NCBI GenBank assembly: GCA_003518055.1
Contig: DOZJ01000002.1
Coordinates: 170,137 to 234,136 of the forward strand
DNA length: 64,000 bases
Direction: 5' to 3'
DNA from: Candidatus Falkowbacteria bacterium
Lineage (GTDB): Bacteria; Patescibacteriota; Patescibacteriia; UBA11705
The notes under the pieces are model-generated. The model searched no databases. It was not told where the DNA came from and saw nothing but the letters and a program-made list of their open reading frames with translations. The position numbers were made by a program, and so were the translations under genes. How positions within the stretch are numbered: the first letter of the stretch is position 1; each line of letters starts with the position of its first letter. Of the stretch, positions 10,333-19,515 are shown piece after piece.

Positions 10333-10365
10333 AAAAAACAATCGCGATGAAGCGGTTGTTTTTAT
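10333..10365 (+). terminator. Terminator closing the copper operon
   Basis: AAAAACAATCGC-GATGAA-GCGGTTGTTTTT hairpin. Confidence 0.65.
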
Positions 10366-10442
10366 TTTATCAGGAAACCCCGCAAGTAAGTGCGGGGAGA
10401 ATATTGTCAGGTGTAAGAGATTCACGGGATATCTTTACATTG

Positions 10443-10469
10443 ACAAAAAAACGACTATGTTTAGTCGTT
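10443..10469 (-). terminator. Terminator hairpin, near-identical to 1515-1542
   Basis: AACGACTA-TGTT-TAGTCGTT preceded by A7. Confidence 0.65.
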
Positions 10470-10473
10470 GATA

Positions 10474-11589
10474 TTACTTCGCCGGATACTGCTTCACGTA
10501 TTTGGCCGCGCTGGAGAATTCCTTATTGTCCATATTGGCCATCTCATCCAAAAAGGCCGAGTCTCCAAGCTTCTCGAAATATCGAGCAATCTTATCGGCA
10601 TGCTCTCGGTAAAAACATCTGTGTGAGATATTGGCGTATTTCTCCGAAATATTCCCACGCCGGACTACGTCTTTCAGCCAGTCAGGGTCAACATACTGCA
10701 TGACCATGATGACGAATTCAGCTGAGAGCGGGTAAACAGGATAGTCTGCAAACTCAACCAACTCCATTAGAAACTTCTTGTGCTTTCGCTTCAAAAGGCG
10801 TTCAAGACCGGAGCGATAACAGTCATCCATAAAGGTATGCTTGCTGATATCGGGACTGACTCTGTCCCACTTCCGCCAGCGCCAAAGCAGAGCCTTCAAC
10901 TTTGTTTCGCTGGGGATTAGCCTGAGAATGCGACTGGCAGTCTCTTGGCTAAGGTCGTCGAACCACCGCTCTTCAAGCAGATAAAACAATCTGATCAAAA
11001 ATTCCTCATCATCCGTGACCAGCGGAATAAAATTCGGGTCATACGCCGGGAGCAATTGCAGCGATGCTTTGCCTCCGTTTAGAGCAGTATACGGTGAATC
11101 TGGCCGCCGGTTATGGTCTTTGAACCACACGCTCATGTAAATCAGGGCTTTGAGCCCGGTATAGGGGCATCGCAGTTCGCGTACATCATAGTTTGTTACT
11201 GACTTTCGTGTCCTGATCTGATGGCCGCCGGCATCAAACTGAGTGAGATAAAGGATTTCTCCAGAGTCTTTTTCAACCAAGCCGATTTCGAAATACTTCT
11301 GTTCGCTGACTAGCAATACAAGCGTGCCGCGTTTGAATTCTGTTGAGTTTTCCTGGCCAAGCTGGCTAAGAAAATCCGCGGTCATGGATTCAGCCAATTC
11401 CCTTGCAACATGAAGCTGCGCTTCTGTCATCATTTTGGGATCATATCTGTCAATTCGTAGATGCAGACCGATGTCGCCGGGATGAAGCTGTTTTGCTTCA
11501 TAATTCTTGGCTACAGCTCTGCCGTCGTTCCCGATTACCACCTTCAGCACATGTCCGCTCGGGCTTCTGAAGTAGTTCTGGGTACTCAT
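10474..11589 (-). CDS. Hypothetical protein (helical C-terminal region)
   Basis: Long ORF; start placed at MSTQN (11589) because of the GAGGAGGAG SD; ORF is open to 11775. Confidence 0.65.
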   Translation of the reverse strand: MSTQNYFRSPSGHVLKVVIGNDGRAVAKNYEAKQLHPGDIGLHLRIDRYDPKMMTEAQLHVARELAESMTADFLSQLGQENSTEFKRGTLVLLVSEQKYFEIGLVEKDSGEILYLTQFDAGGHQIRTRKSVTNYDVRELRCPYTGLKALIYMSVWFKDHNRRPDSPYTALNGGKASLQLLPAYDPNFIPLVTDDEEFLIRLFYLLEERWFDDLSQETASRILRLIPSETKLKALLWRWRKWDRVSPDISKHTFMDDCYRSGLERLLKRKHKKFLMELVEFADYPVYPLSAEFVIMVMQYVDPDWLKDVVRRGNISEKYANISHRCFYREHADKIARYFEKLGDSAFLDEMANMDNKEFSSAAKYVKQYPAK

Positions 11590-11786
11590 GTCTTGTCTCC
11601 TCCTCGGTTCCACACCTTCGGGCGTCCCCGAATGTTTCTTGCTAGGAGCATCCAAGCAAGCGGTATCCGCCTTTGCAACGCGTGCTTCAGCAGACATTCT
11701 TCGGTGCGCCATAGGCGCAGGTTTTCCTGCCGACACTCTTCGAGTGACGGCAAGCAGTATCCCATGGCGTCCCATTGGGATCTAAA

Positions 11787-11815
11787 ACATTAACAAAAAC
11801 AACCAACTTTGTCAA
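11787..11815 (-). promoter_or_regulatory. sigma70 promoter giving a ~190-nt leader
   Basis: TTGACA-17-TAATGT with TG extension. Confidence 0.6.
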
Positions 11816-11877
11816 TGGTTATTTTAGAAAAAATGTTATTTCTGCTATAATATTAACAATTCTTAATCATTTTCTTT

Positions 11878-11922
11878 CTCAAAGCTAAAAGCTCAAAGCT
11901 CAAAGCTAAAAGCTCAACGCTA
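11878..11922. repeat. Heptamer tandem repeat (AAAGCTM)
   Basis: AAAGCTA AAAGCTC AAAGCTC AAAGCTA AAAGCTC AACGCTA. Confidence 0.85.
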
Positions 11923-11929
11923 ACAGTAT

Positions 11930-12685
11930 ATGAAATCAATCACCTCGGTTTCCAATTTAACCATCAAAGAAGTCAAAAAATTACACCAAAAAAAATACCG
12001 TGAAAAAACCGGCTTGTTTTTAGTCGAAAATTTAAAAATAATCATGGATGCCTTCACCTCCGGTTTTGTACCATGTCAATTATTTTTTACTTCCGAACTA
12101 GTCAAAAAAAATTCCGAACTTCAATCATTGATCAACCGGGTGGGGGAGGGCTTTGAAATAAATGACCAAGTAAACAAATCTATTTCAACCCTAGACACGC
12201 CATCTGGTATTGTTGCTGTCTATGACCAACCGGAAGTCCGATTTAGCCGGGGAAAAAATTGTTTGTATTTAAATGCGATTAATGACCCGGGTAATCTGGG
12301 AACATTGCTGCGAAGCGCGGTCGCGTTTGGGTTCGACAATATAATTCTGGATGAAGCCTGCGTGGATTTGTATAATCCCAAGACTATTCACGCCGCCAAA
12401 GACGCCATATTTAAATTGAATTTTTCGTTCGCCGTCGATTTTTCAACACTCAAAACCGATTATTATATCCTGACCACATCAGTGCGTGGTAGTAATCCCG
12501 AGTTTAAAATTCCCAAGACAAAATCGGTTTGCCTCATTCTCGGCAGCGAATCTCACGGCGTTGACCCGAGTTTGCTTAAACTATCCGATCAATCGGTTTC
12601 GATTCCCACCACCGAGAAAATTGAATCATTGAATGTCGCTGTGGCCGGGTCGATTTTGATGGAAAAAATTTTCAATAAAAAATAA
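11930..12685 (+). CDS. TrmH/SpoU family RNA 2'-O-methyltransferase
   Basis: DPGNLGTLLRSA, LGSESHG, ESLNVAVA SPOUT motifs. Confidence 0.92.
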   Translation: MKSITSVSNLTIKEVKKLHQKKYREKTGLFLVENLKIIMDAFTSGFVPCQLFFTSELVKKNSELQSLINRVGEGFEINDQVNKSISTLDTPSGIVAVYDQPEVRFSRGKNCLYLNAINDPGNLGTLLRSAVAFGFDNIILDEACVDLYNPKTIHAAKDAIFKLNFSFAVDFSTLKTDYYILTTSVRGSNPEFKIPKTKSVCLILGSESHGVDPSLLKLSDQSVSIPTTEKIESLNVAVAGSILMEKIFNKK

Positions 12686-12706
12686 AACACTTTTGTTAAA
12701 GTGTTG

Positions 12707-13189
12707 TTAGATCAGCGGCTCACGCCAGCCAAAGACCTTATCTGTTGGAATCAAGTCCTTTGTTTCAGCTCGGAACCATGCTGGATTGGTTTGTCCGTCT
12801 TCGCGATGGTAATCAGCGTTGGCCTTGATGATTTCTCCGGTTGTCAGCAGAATTTCATACACGATAAGCTGTTGATTGGCCGTGGTGAAATACAGTGGAA
12901 ATCTGGTTTTGAACTCATTGCGTGGCTTGTCCTCGAGTACCCGGCAATGGTGACTGTCAGTGATCACAACCACCAGGGGCTGGCCTTCGAACACCAGTTG
13001 GTGGTCCAGCATTTCGGCTACTAGTGTGAGAAAATGGGCGGCGTAACAAATTTTGGGATACACATGGTTGAGATAACTGTTGACCGCGGAAATGAGCAAT
13101 CCCTTAGACGTTTCTGAGATAAATGTCAGATCCATGATAACTTCGCGAAAATTTTCTCGGTGAATCCTGATTGGGCTCTTTGGGTTCAT
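12707..13189 (-). CDS. Hypothetical protein, paralog of 13220..13678
   Basis: AAGGTG SD before MNPKS; aligns by eye with the upstream neighbour. Confidence 0.6.
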   Translation of the reverse strand: MNPKSPIRIHRENFREVIMDLTFISETSKGLLISAVNSYLNHVYPKICYAAHFLTLVAEMLDHQLVFEGQPLVVVITDSHHCRVLEDKPRNEFKTRFPLYFTTANQQLIVYEILLTTGEIIKANADYHREDGQTNPAWFRAETKDLIPTDKVFGWREPLI

Positions 13190-13219
13190 GTGGTCACCTT
13201 TGCTTTGTGCCAATTATGG

Positions 13220-13678
13220 TCAATACCGCCGTTTGGCAGGGGTAAAACATTGTACCTGTTTATCCGGAATTCGTTTGTTTGTGATGGTGTCGATCCACAC
13301 CCGATTATGAAACATAAACGCCCCCTGATATTCCCAAATGGCGGGAACTTTATATCCATGATCAAGGGTCAACTCGAAAACAACGGTTGTGCTATTTCGA
13401 TGTGACCTATCTTCAGTCGGGAATTTCCTCGGGTCGCTTTTCACGACCGGCTCAAGGAAGATCATTGTTCCATCTCTTGTTACTCTTACCAGCAGGCCGT
13501 CAAACATGAGTTCATTGATTTCGGCGCAGAACTCTTCATATTGATTGGCGTAAACGTGCGGCGGAAAGACTAGGCTCAGAAAAGCTGTGATCATGCCACG
13601 CAGTTTGATCTTTGCAAATGGGCTCAGGTCGGAACTTTCCAGCTCTAGCACCCAGTTTTCTCGTGTCAGCTCAAGCAT
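13220..13678 (-). CDS. Hypothetical protein, paralog of 12707..13189
   Basis: AAGGAG SD; promoter TTGACA-17-TATGGT at 13710-13738. Confidence 0.65.
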   Translation of the reverse strand: MLELTRENWVLELESSDLSPFAKIKLRGMITAFLSLVFPPHVYANQYEEFCAEINELMFDGLLVRVTRDGTMIFLEPVVKSDPRKFPTEDRSHRNSTTVVFELTLDHGYKVPAIWEYQGAFMFHNRVWIDTITNKRIPDKQVQCFTPAKRRY

Positions 13679-13795
13679 GGCCGGCTCCTTGGTGTGGTGT
13701 TAACAAGCCACCATATCATAATCAACTTGGTCTGTCAATCATAAGGGTAGTATATAATTTGTGATTTATTATTTGTGATTTGAATTTAAAAATAT

Positions 13796-14932
13796 ATGGA
13801 AAGAATTCCTCAAGAACAACAAGAACAAAAAAAATTTACCGTTGACGTCGGTTTTGATGACTTGGCCGCGGTTATTCCTGAATTCAAAAAAATGATTGGT
13901 TTTGATCAAAAGAATGACTATCACACGTTGACATTGGATGTTCACACCAAAGAGGTGGACCGGCAGCTGCTCGAAGATCCTTTTGTCTTATCTCTGCCGC
14001 CGCGGATGCAAAAACTTATTCATTTGGCGGCCTTGATGCATGACCTTGGCAAAACCGATGACATCGGCTTGGAGGGGGAGCGAGGCCGACAGATTCACCC
14101 CACTGACCCCAATAAATTCCGATATGTCGGCCACGAAAAAGTCAGCGCCTCCTTGGCTGAGAAAATTTTACGCAATCATTTTGATTTACCACTGGAAGAA
14201 TTGGCTTTTGTTGTGAGCTTGGTCGCTTTGCACGATGAGATAATGAAAGTGATTAATATTTTTTCCGGCCAGCAGATACCGCCAAAAGCAAAAAGGCAGG
14301 CAATGTTAGAAGCACCCGGCCGTACATTTAATCTGCCATCAAGTAGTGACCTGACTCCATATGGCTATTTGATGGACAAGGTGTCCGAGTTGCCGATTGA
14401 TATTTCAATCAAGGACAAACTTAATATTGTGATTTCTTTTGGTTTGGCGGATAAAAAAGCCAATTATACCGAAGAATCCCGTACAGTATTGGAATCTTCT
14501 CCGCGCGAATCCGACCGGCAGCAGATTGCTTTTGTGCTTGAGAAGTGCCGGATTCAGCTGGCCGCGATGAATGAATTCCGTAAGGCGATGCCGGCTATTG
14601 TTGACGCGGTTATTGGTATGCGGGCCGGAGATAATGCTCGGCCCAGCGTGGTTCAGCTTCCGAGCGGTGAGTATATTTACGATAAAAATATCAAGGTAGA
14701 TTTACCGGTTGAACTTGATGCCGTTGTAGGCTTATCAGCTGAACAAAAAGAGAAATTAATCAAACCGTTTACGCGTTTGAAGCTGAATCTTGAGCACGGT
14801 GACCTTTCTCCTTCCAAAGATATGGCTCGGGGGCTGCTTAGACATAAAATGCGTTTGACCGATGAGCAGTTATCCGAGTTTCTGTCCGCTGCCGGCTATA
14901 ATCCAGACCAGATTGAGGTCCTCTTGTCTTAG
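13796..14932 (+). CDS. HD-domain phosphohydrolase
   Basis: HTLTLDVHT, LAALMHDLGK, GHEKVSA, LHD and AD motifs like the HD module of CCA/poly(A) enzymes. Confidence 0.75.
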   Translation: MERIPQEQQEQKKFTVDVGFDDLAAVIPEFKKMIGFDQKNDYHTLTLDVHTKEVDRQLLEDPFVLSLPPRMQKLIHLAALMHDLGKTDDIGLEGERGRQIHPTDPNKFRYVGHEKVSASLAEKILRNHFDLPLEELAFVVSLVALHDEIMKVINIFSGQQIPPKAKRQAMLEAPGRTFNLPSSSDLTPYGYLMDKVSELPIDISIKDKLNIVISFGLADKKANYTEESRTVLESSPRESDRQQIAFVLEKCRIQLAAMNEFRKAMPAIVDAVIGMRAGDNARPSVVQLPSGEYIYDKNIKVDLPVELDAVVGLSAEQKEKLIKPFTRLKLNLEHGDLSPSKDMARGLLRHKMRLTDEQLSEFLSAAGYNPDQIEVLLS

Positions 14933-14994
14933 ACTTGTTTTTTGGTTGAAAGTGTTATAACATAATTTTGCAGTCCCAACCACGGAGGAGTACC

Positions 14995-15498
14995 ATGCCA
15001 GATCTGATGGAATCGGCCTTTCTTCATGGTCTGAACGAACAAGAGGTTTTTGACCTGCTCCAATTTTTTGAGGTGCGTCATTTTCTCAAGGGTGCGGTTC
15101 TGCTGACCGAGGGTGTTGTCGGCGAAGAAATGCTTTTGATTGTGAGTGGACGGGTATCCGTCAAATTTGAAGGGCATTATATCAAAAGCTTTGGCATGGG
15201 CTCAGTCATGGGTGAAATCTCATTGATCGATCACGGTGAACGAACGGCCAGCGTGATTGCCGAAACCGACGTGGAGGTTCGGACACTTTCGACCAGCGCA
15301 TGGCTTCGACTGCGCCAAGAGCGGCCGGATTTGGCCTCCCGTATTAGCTTCAACCTGAATTGCATTATTGCTCAGAAGTTTCGTAGTTCATATGCCCGGA
15401 TGAAAGATCTTCATCGTGAAGTTCATAAACTGGAAGCCAAGCTTGACAGCGGCTCACTCAAGCGGATTAAGAAGATTCTGACTCGCGATTTGTTCTGA
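14995..15498 (+). CDS. Cyclic-nucleotide-binding domain protein with C-terminal coiled coil
   Basis: MGEISLIDHGERTASVIAET phosphate-binding cassette; GGAGGAG SD. Confidence 0.85.
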   Translation: MPDLMESAFLHGLNEQEVFDLLQFFEVRHFLKGAVLLTEGVVGEEMLLIVSGRVSVKFEGHYIKSFGMGSVMGEISLIDHGERTASVIAETDVEVRTLSTSAWLRLRQERPDLASRISFNLNCIIAQKFRSSYARMKDLHREVHKLEAKLDSGSLKRIKKILTRDLF

Positions 15499-15692
15499 CC
15501 GTCACAACTGACGGTTTTTTGTTTCTGGATTAATAAATTAGATAAAAATTGATAATACGATGTTGGTTGCGTTATATTTGGTGAGTGGGGAAGTGTGCCG
15601 GCCATTATTGCGGGTTGTATTTATCGAATGAGTAACCTTGAAACATTCCCTGATTTTTATTGTAATGTAATTTTTTATTATTTTTGTCAAAC

Positions 15693-15729
15693 TGTGGATA
15701 ACTTTTAACCAGGTGGGGGATGTGGATAA
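15693..15729. promoter_or_regulatory. Two perfect DnaA boxes
   Basis: TGTGGATAA at 15693-15701 and 15721-15729. Confidence 0.55.
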
Positions 15730-15766
15730 CTTTTTTACCCCAGTGCCTATTCATAATATAATGCAA

Positions 15767-15783
15767 TTAGGAATTATTCTTAA
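15767..15783. promoter_or_regulatory. Fur/Per-box-like operator
   Basis: TTAGGAAT-T-ATTCTTAA inverted repeat just upstream of the Fur-family ATG. Confidence 0.55.
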
Positions 15784-15787
15784 TGTT

Positions 15788-16201
15788 ATGGTTAAATCAT
15801 CCAAATCAAAGCAAAATCTATTCCGTGACACTACCCAGCGTCAGTTAATCTTGGAATATTTACACCGCTCACTCGCCCACCCTACCGCGCAAGAAATTTT
15901 TCGGATTATTAAAAAGACTCTTCCGCGAGTCAGTCTATCAACTATTTATCGCAATTTGATTATTCTCGAAAAACAAGGTAGGGTCTCTTCCCTATCATAT
16001 TCCAAAAATTTTACGCGCTTCGAGCTGAATCACGGCGATCATTATCATTTTATCTGCGAGAAGTGCGACAAGGTGGAGCATGTCAATCTTGATCCCCTGC
16101 TTGAATTGAACTCACAGCTGGCCAGGCGTCATGATCTGGTTGTCAATAATCATCAGCTGACATTTTTCGGGTTTTGCCAAAATTGTCAAAAGAAAAAATG
16201 A
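15788..16201 (+). CDS. Fur/PerR family transcriptional repressor
   Basis: TTQRQLIL, HPTAQEI, STIYRNL, HYHFICEKC and CQNC. Confidence 0.92.
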   Translation: MVKSSKSKQNLFRDTTQRQLILEYLHRSLAHPTAQEIFRIIKKTLPRVSLSTIYRNLIILEKQGRVSSLSYSKNFTRFELNHGDHYHFICEKCDKVEHVNLDPLLELNSQLARRHDLVVNNHQLTFFGFCQNCQKKK

Positions 16202-16255
16202 GATTGTATCTCATTTTGGTTCTAAATGTTCGCATTTTTTTCAGAGTTAATATTG

Positions 16256-16711
16256 TCAGGCGGATTCAAGTCGCTGTTTTACGGCTTTAATATTTTCCAT
16301 CATGAAAGCTGCGGTTTCAGCCACAACCTTTAACCCGGCCTTTACCATCATGACAATGAATCTGATGATCATTAACCACACGCTCTCCTGTTCTTGATTA
16401 TAGTCACTTTCAGGCTTCCAAGTAGATGGTTCCTCCGGATCAAATTTCTCGAGCAAGACGCTATGAGCTAGGAACACTTTAGCAGTTTCATCAGAAAAAT
16501 TTCCTTCGGCGCGCATTTGCTCGATGGTCTCGTTGAGACTGGAGATATGAATCGGGAATTCCGGCGGCAGCTTGCCTCGAGTGTATGGCGCCCCGCAATC
16601 AACGCCGAAGAAAAGACCGCATTCATCACAGAACATGGTTACGTGGTTGCAGGTACAAATCATGAGCGGCATTACCATGATGTTGCCATTGTGGCATTCT
16701 GGGCATTTCAT
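16256..16711 (-). CDS. Hypothetical Cys-rich zinc-ribbon protein
   Basis: MKCPEC, CTC, CDEC; GGAGG SD; promoter TTGACA-17-TAAGCT at 16741-16769. Confidence 0.65.
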   Translation of the reverse strand: MKCPECHNGNIMVMPLMICTCNHVTMFCDECGLFFGVDCGAPYTRGKLPPEFPIHISSLNETIEQMRAEGNFSDETAKVFLAHSVLLEKFDPEEPSTWKPESDYNQEQESVWLMIIRFIVMMVKAGLKVVAETAAFMMENIKAVKQRLESA

Positions 16712-16800
16712 CTTCTCGCCTCCTTCCTTTGGAACATTCAAGCTTAAACCATTCATTTAGCAATGTCAATCTATCATCGTGTTTCATAAAAAAGAGAAGT

Positions 16801-17646
16801 TTACTCCCTATTTTTTTGCGCCATTTTTGCTTCAACCAGAGCATATTCAGTCCGCAGTGCGTTGATAATCGTCGGCGTTAGCTGTCGTTTATTGTCTTCA
16901 TAAAAATGTTTCATTTTCGGCGACAAGTTTGTTTCCATGGGAAAAAGACGGGCTTCACAGAAAAGAAATTCCAGCGCCGCCACGCATTTGTTTACCGGCG
17001 GGACATCCAGTTCAAACGCTTTTTGGTACAGACCGCAGGCCGTAGCCAGATGTTCCTGCTTCTTGGCTTTGCGCGCTTCGAGCATGATCAAAGCGAATCT
17101 CGATCGAGTAAGCTGCGACGCCGAAATCGTCGCTTCACCGGTTTTGAGCCAATCAAGATACTCAAGCATGAGAGCATTGAAGCCGGTAAAGTCCGCTGTG
17201 GTCACTTTGCGGGCTAGGAGTGTTTCCAGCCGGTACAATGTTTTTTCCGGCGGTTCAAATCATTGGCTCTGTTCATATGCTTCTCTTGCCAAAGCCAGAG
17301 CTGCTTGGCGGTGTTCATCAAAAATGGCCAAATGGCATTCACCCATTGCTTGCAGCCACTCAATATGAGTTTGTTGATCAACCGGAGGCATCAATTCCAG
17401 TAGCGCAATCGCCTCCACCGGCTGACCATGACGTCTGGCCCAATCAGCTTTGTTTATCATCACTCTGGCCAGATCAGCTTCGCCCGCCTGCGGATGTTTC
17501 GCGATCAGCTCATAAATTCGGTTTTTAATTTCCGGATGACCGGCGACAGCCGCTTGACTTCCCAGATCGAACAACTCACTCACTTCCAGAGTATCAGCTT
17601 TGAGTTCACCATCCGCGACTAACTGGTATCGTGCTTTGCCGCTCAT
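16801..17646 (-). pseudogene. TPR-like helical gene split by a single in-frame TGA (17260-17262)
   Basis: ORFs 17260..17646 and 16801..17238 share a frame; ...YEQSQ*FEPPEKTLYRLE... is otherwise open. Confidence 0.6.
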
Positions 17647-17806
17647 CGAGTCTTGCCTTTCCGTTGGTTATGACCAATGTTCCTTTACCGCTTGACACAA
17701 TAACCTAAAGTCTCAAATCCATGTTGTTTGGTTTTGTCAAAGAAGCAATAGCGAATCGTAGCAGATAAAGTTTCGTCTGACAAGTCAAAAAAAGGAGAGG
17801 CTTTAC

Positions 17807-18766
17807 TTAGCCTCTGTATATTAAATACGCGATGTAACACACATATAGCAAGAGAAATATCACGCCCTCCCCTCTTTTAAGGACATTTTTTTCGCTGACA
17901 AAAATTGCCAGAAATAAAATTATCGTGGCCGCCATCACCGCCAACACATCAAAATTCATCGCTGCGACGAATGGTAGCGGTTTGATAATCGCGCTGATGC
18001 CCAAAATCCAAAAGATATTGAAAATATTGGAGCCAACCACATTACCGATAGCAATATCAGCTTGGTTTTTGTACGCGGCCACGGCCGAGGTAACAAGTTC
18101 GGGCAAAGATGTTCCGACCGCGACTATGGTTAGCCCGATCAGCGCTTGACTGACCCCAAGTGTCGTCGCGATCGTGATTGCGCTGTCCACCACCAATTTG
18201 CCGCCAACCGTCAATCCGGCGATGCCGGCGACGATATAGATAAACATTCTCCACCGGCTCATGGCTTTGATTTTCAATCCGGCCTCAGTTTTCGCTGCTC
18301 TGGAAATGCCAAAGGTATAATAGAGGAAAATAACAAAGAAACAAAGCAATATTATTCCATCAATCCGGCTGATGGTAGATGTACTCTGGCCGTCAATCAA
18401 GGAGTCGTTGGCCAGAAAAAACATGACCAAAACCGCCAGCAGGGAAAAAGGGATTTCCTTCCAGATGGTTCCTTTTTTTATGGTGATTTTCCGGATAAAG
18501 GCCGCGATGCCGAGAATCAACAGGATATTAGCGATGTTGCTGCCGACAATGTTGCCGATGGCGATTTCATTCGATCCTTGCAAGCTCGAAAAAATATTCA
18601 CTATGAGTTCAGGCGCTGACGTGCCGAAAGCGACAATGGTAAGGCCAATTACAATGGTTGAAATCCCCATTTTTTTGGCCAAGGCCGAAGAGCCATCAAC
18701 CAGGATATCTGCGCATTTAATCAGCAGCGCAAATCCGGCGATGAGAATTAAGCAGGCGATGAGCAT
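17807..18766 (-). CDS. yrbG: Calcium/sodium antiporter (YrbG/CaCA family)
   Basis: Duplicated GTSxPEL and GNxVGSN alpha repeats; ~10 TM. Confidence 0.92.
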   Translation of the reverse strand: MLIACLILIAGFALLIKCADILVDGSSALAKKMGISTIVIGLTIVAFGTSAPELIVNIFSSLQGSNEIAIGNIVGSNIANILLILGIAAFIRKITIKKGTIWKEIPFSLLAVLVMFFLANDSLIDGQSTSTISRIDGIILLCFFVIFLYYTFGISRAAKTEAGLKIKAMSRWRMFIYIVAGIAGLTVGGKLVVDSAITIATTLGVSQALIGLTIVAVGTSLPELVTSAVAAYKNQADIAIGNVVGSNIFNIFWILGISAIIKPLPFVAAMNFDVLAVMAATIILFLAIFVSEKNVLKRGEGVIFLLLYVCYIAYLIYRG

Positions 18767-18804
18767 ACGTCTGTGTTTAAATATGAGTTAATGGTGATTA
18801 TTGA

Positions 18805-18895
18805 CAATGTCCGCATATAAACGAAATTTACTTGGAACGAAGTGGAACATAAATTTGGGAGAGCGAAGCGAACCGGTTACACGCTGTTATATGAT
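18805..18895 (-). mobile_element. Degenerate attC-like site
   Basis: Minus strand right after the stop: CATATAACAGCGTGTAACCG...CTTCGCT...AAATTTA-loop-TAAATTT...TTTATATG; right end imperfect. Confidence 0.4.
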
Positions 18896-18897
18896 GT

Positions 18898-19515
18898 TTA
18901 TTTTTTCTTCCTTGATATTATCACTAGGCTTCCTATTAAAATTATAGCTCCAAGACCAGCACCATACCGAAGAATATTTTTTTCTTTCGTTTCGGATTCT
19001 TGCCTTACTCCATTACGAATTAAGACTGGCTCATCGCCACTGTAATCAAAAGCAAAATCTTTTTCTGTGCCGCCGGAATTTATAAATATTTGAAGTGCTT
19101 CATCATCGATTGATTTATTTTCAACTAACTTGGCATCTGAGTAACTGGTGCCAGTGACTTCATAAATTCCCCACGCAGGGACATAAAAAATATCGTTTTT
19201 GTTCAGTGAAATTAAATATTTTTTGCCAACGGACATTGTTTTAACATCCTCATCTGTTAAATTGATAGTTTTTGCTATATTACTGACAGTGATTTTATCT
19301 CCATCTTTAAGTGATTGAACTTGGTTTTGAGGAAAAACAAAGATAATTTTTATGTTTCGGGTATCATCCACTGCCGACATGACCTCACCAAGTATGAGAG
19401 CGTCTTGCTTGTGGCCGCCAAAAAGACAGCCGAGCGGATCGCAAGCATAAGATGTTGGTGCGATTAAGAAGGTACAGAAAGAGATTGCAAGAAAGAAAAA
19501 GATATTTTTAGTCAT
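18898..19515 (-). CDS. Secreted protein with C-terminal membrane anchor
   Basis: Signal peptide, ACDPLGC, C-terminal TM then RKKK; AT-rich. Confidence 0.7.
   Translation of the reverse strand: MTKNIFFFLAISFCTFLIAPTSYACDPLGCLFGGHKQDALILGEVMSAVDDTRNIKIIFVFPQNQVQSLKDGDKITVSNIAKTINLTDEDVKTMSVGKKYLISLNKNDIFYVPAWGIYEVTGTSYSDAKLVENKSIDDEALQIFINSGGTEKDFAFDYSGDEPVLIRNGVRQESETKEKNILRYGAGLGAIILIGSLVIISRKKK

Noticed and set aside
10347-10703. Antisense or overlapping ORFs such as 10347..10703, 45775..46548, 59233..59673 and 60764..61264
   Set aside because: Shadow frames of better-supported genes, with no motifs or initiation signals.
15693-15729. Replication origin
   Set aside because: Only two boxes, no dnaA/dnaN, and core genes keep the same orientation on both sides.
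17260-17262. Genetic code 25 or selenocysteine
   Set aside because: TGA cleanly ends well-defined genes (e.g. Fur, murG, ftsE); the UGA is not in a redox motif and the hairpin is not a convincing SECIS.
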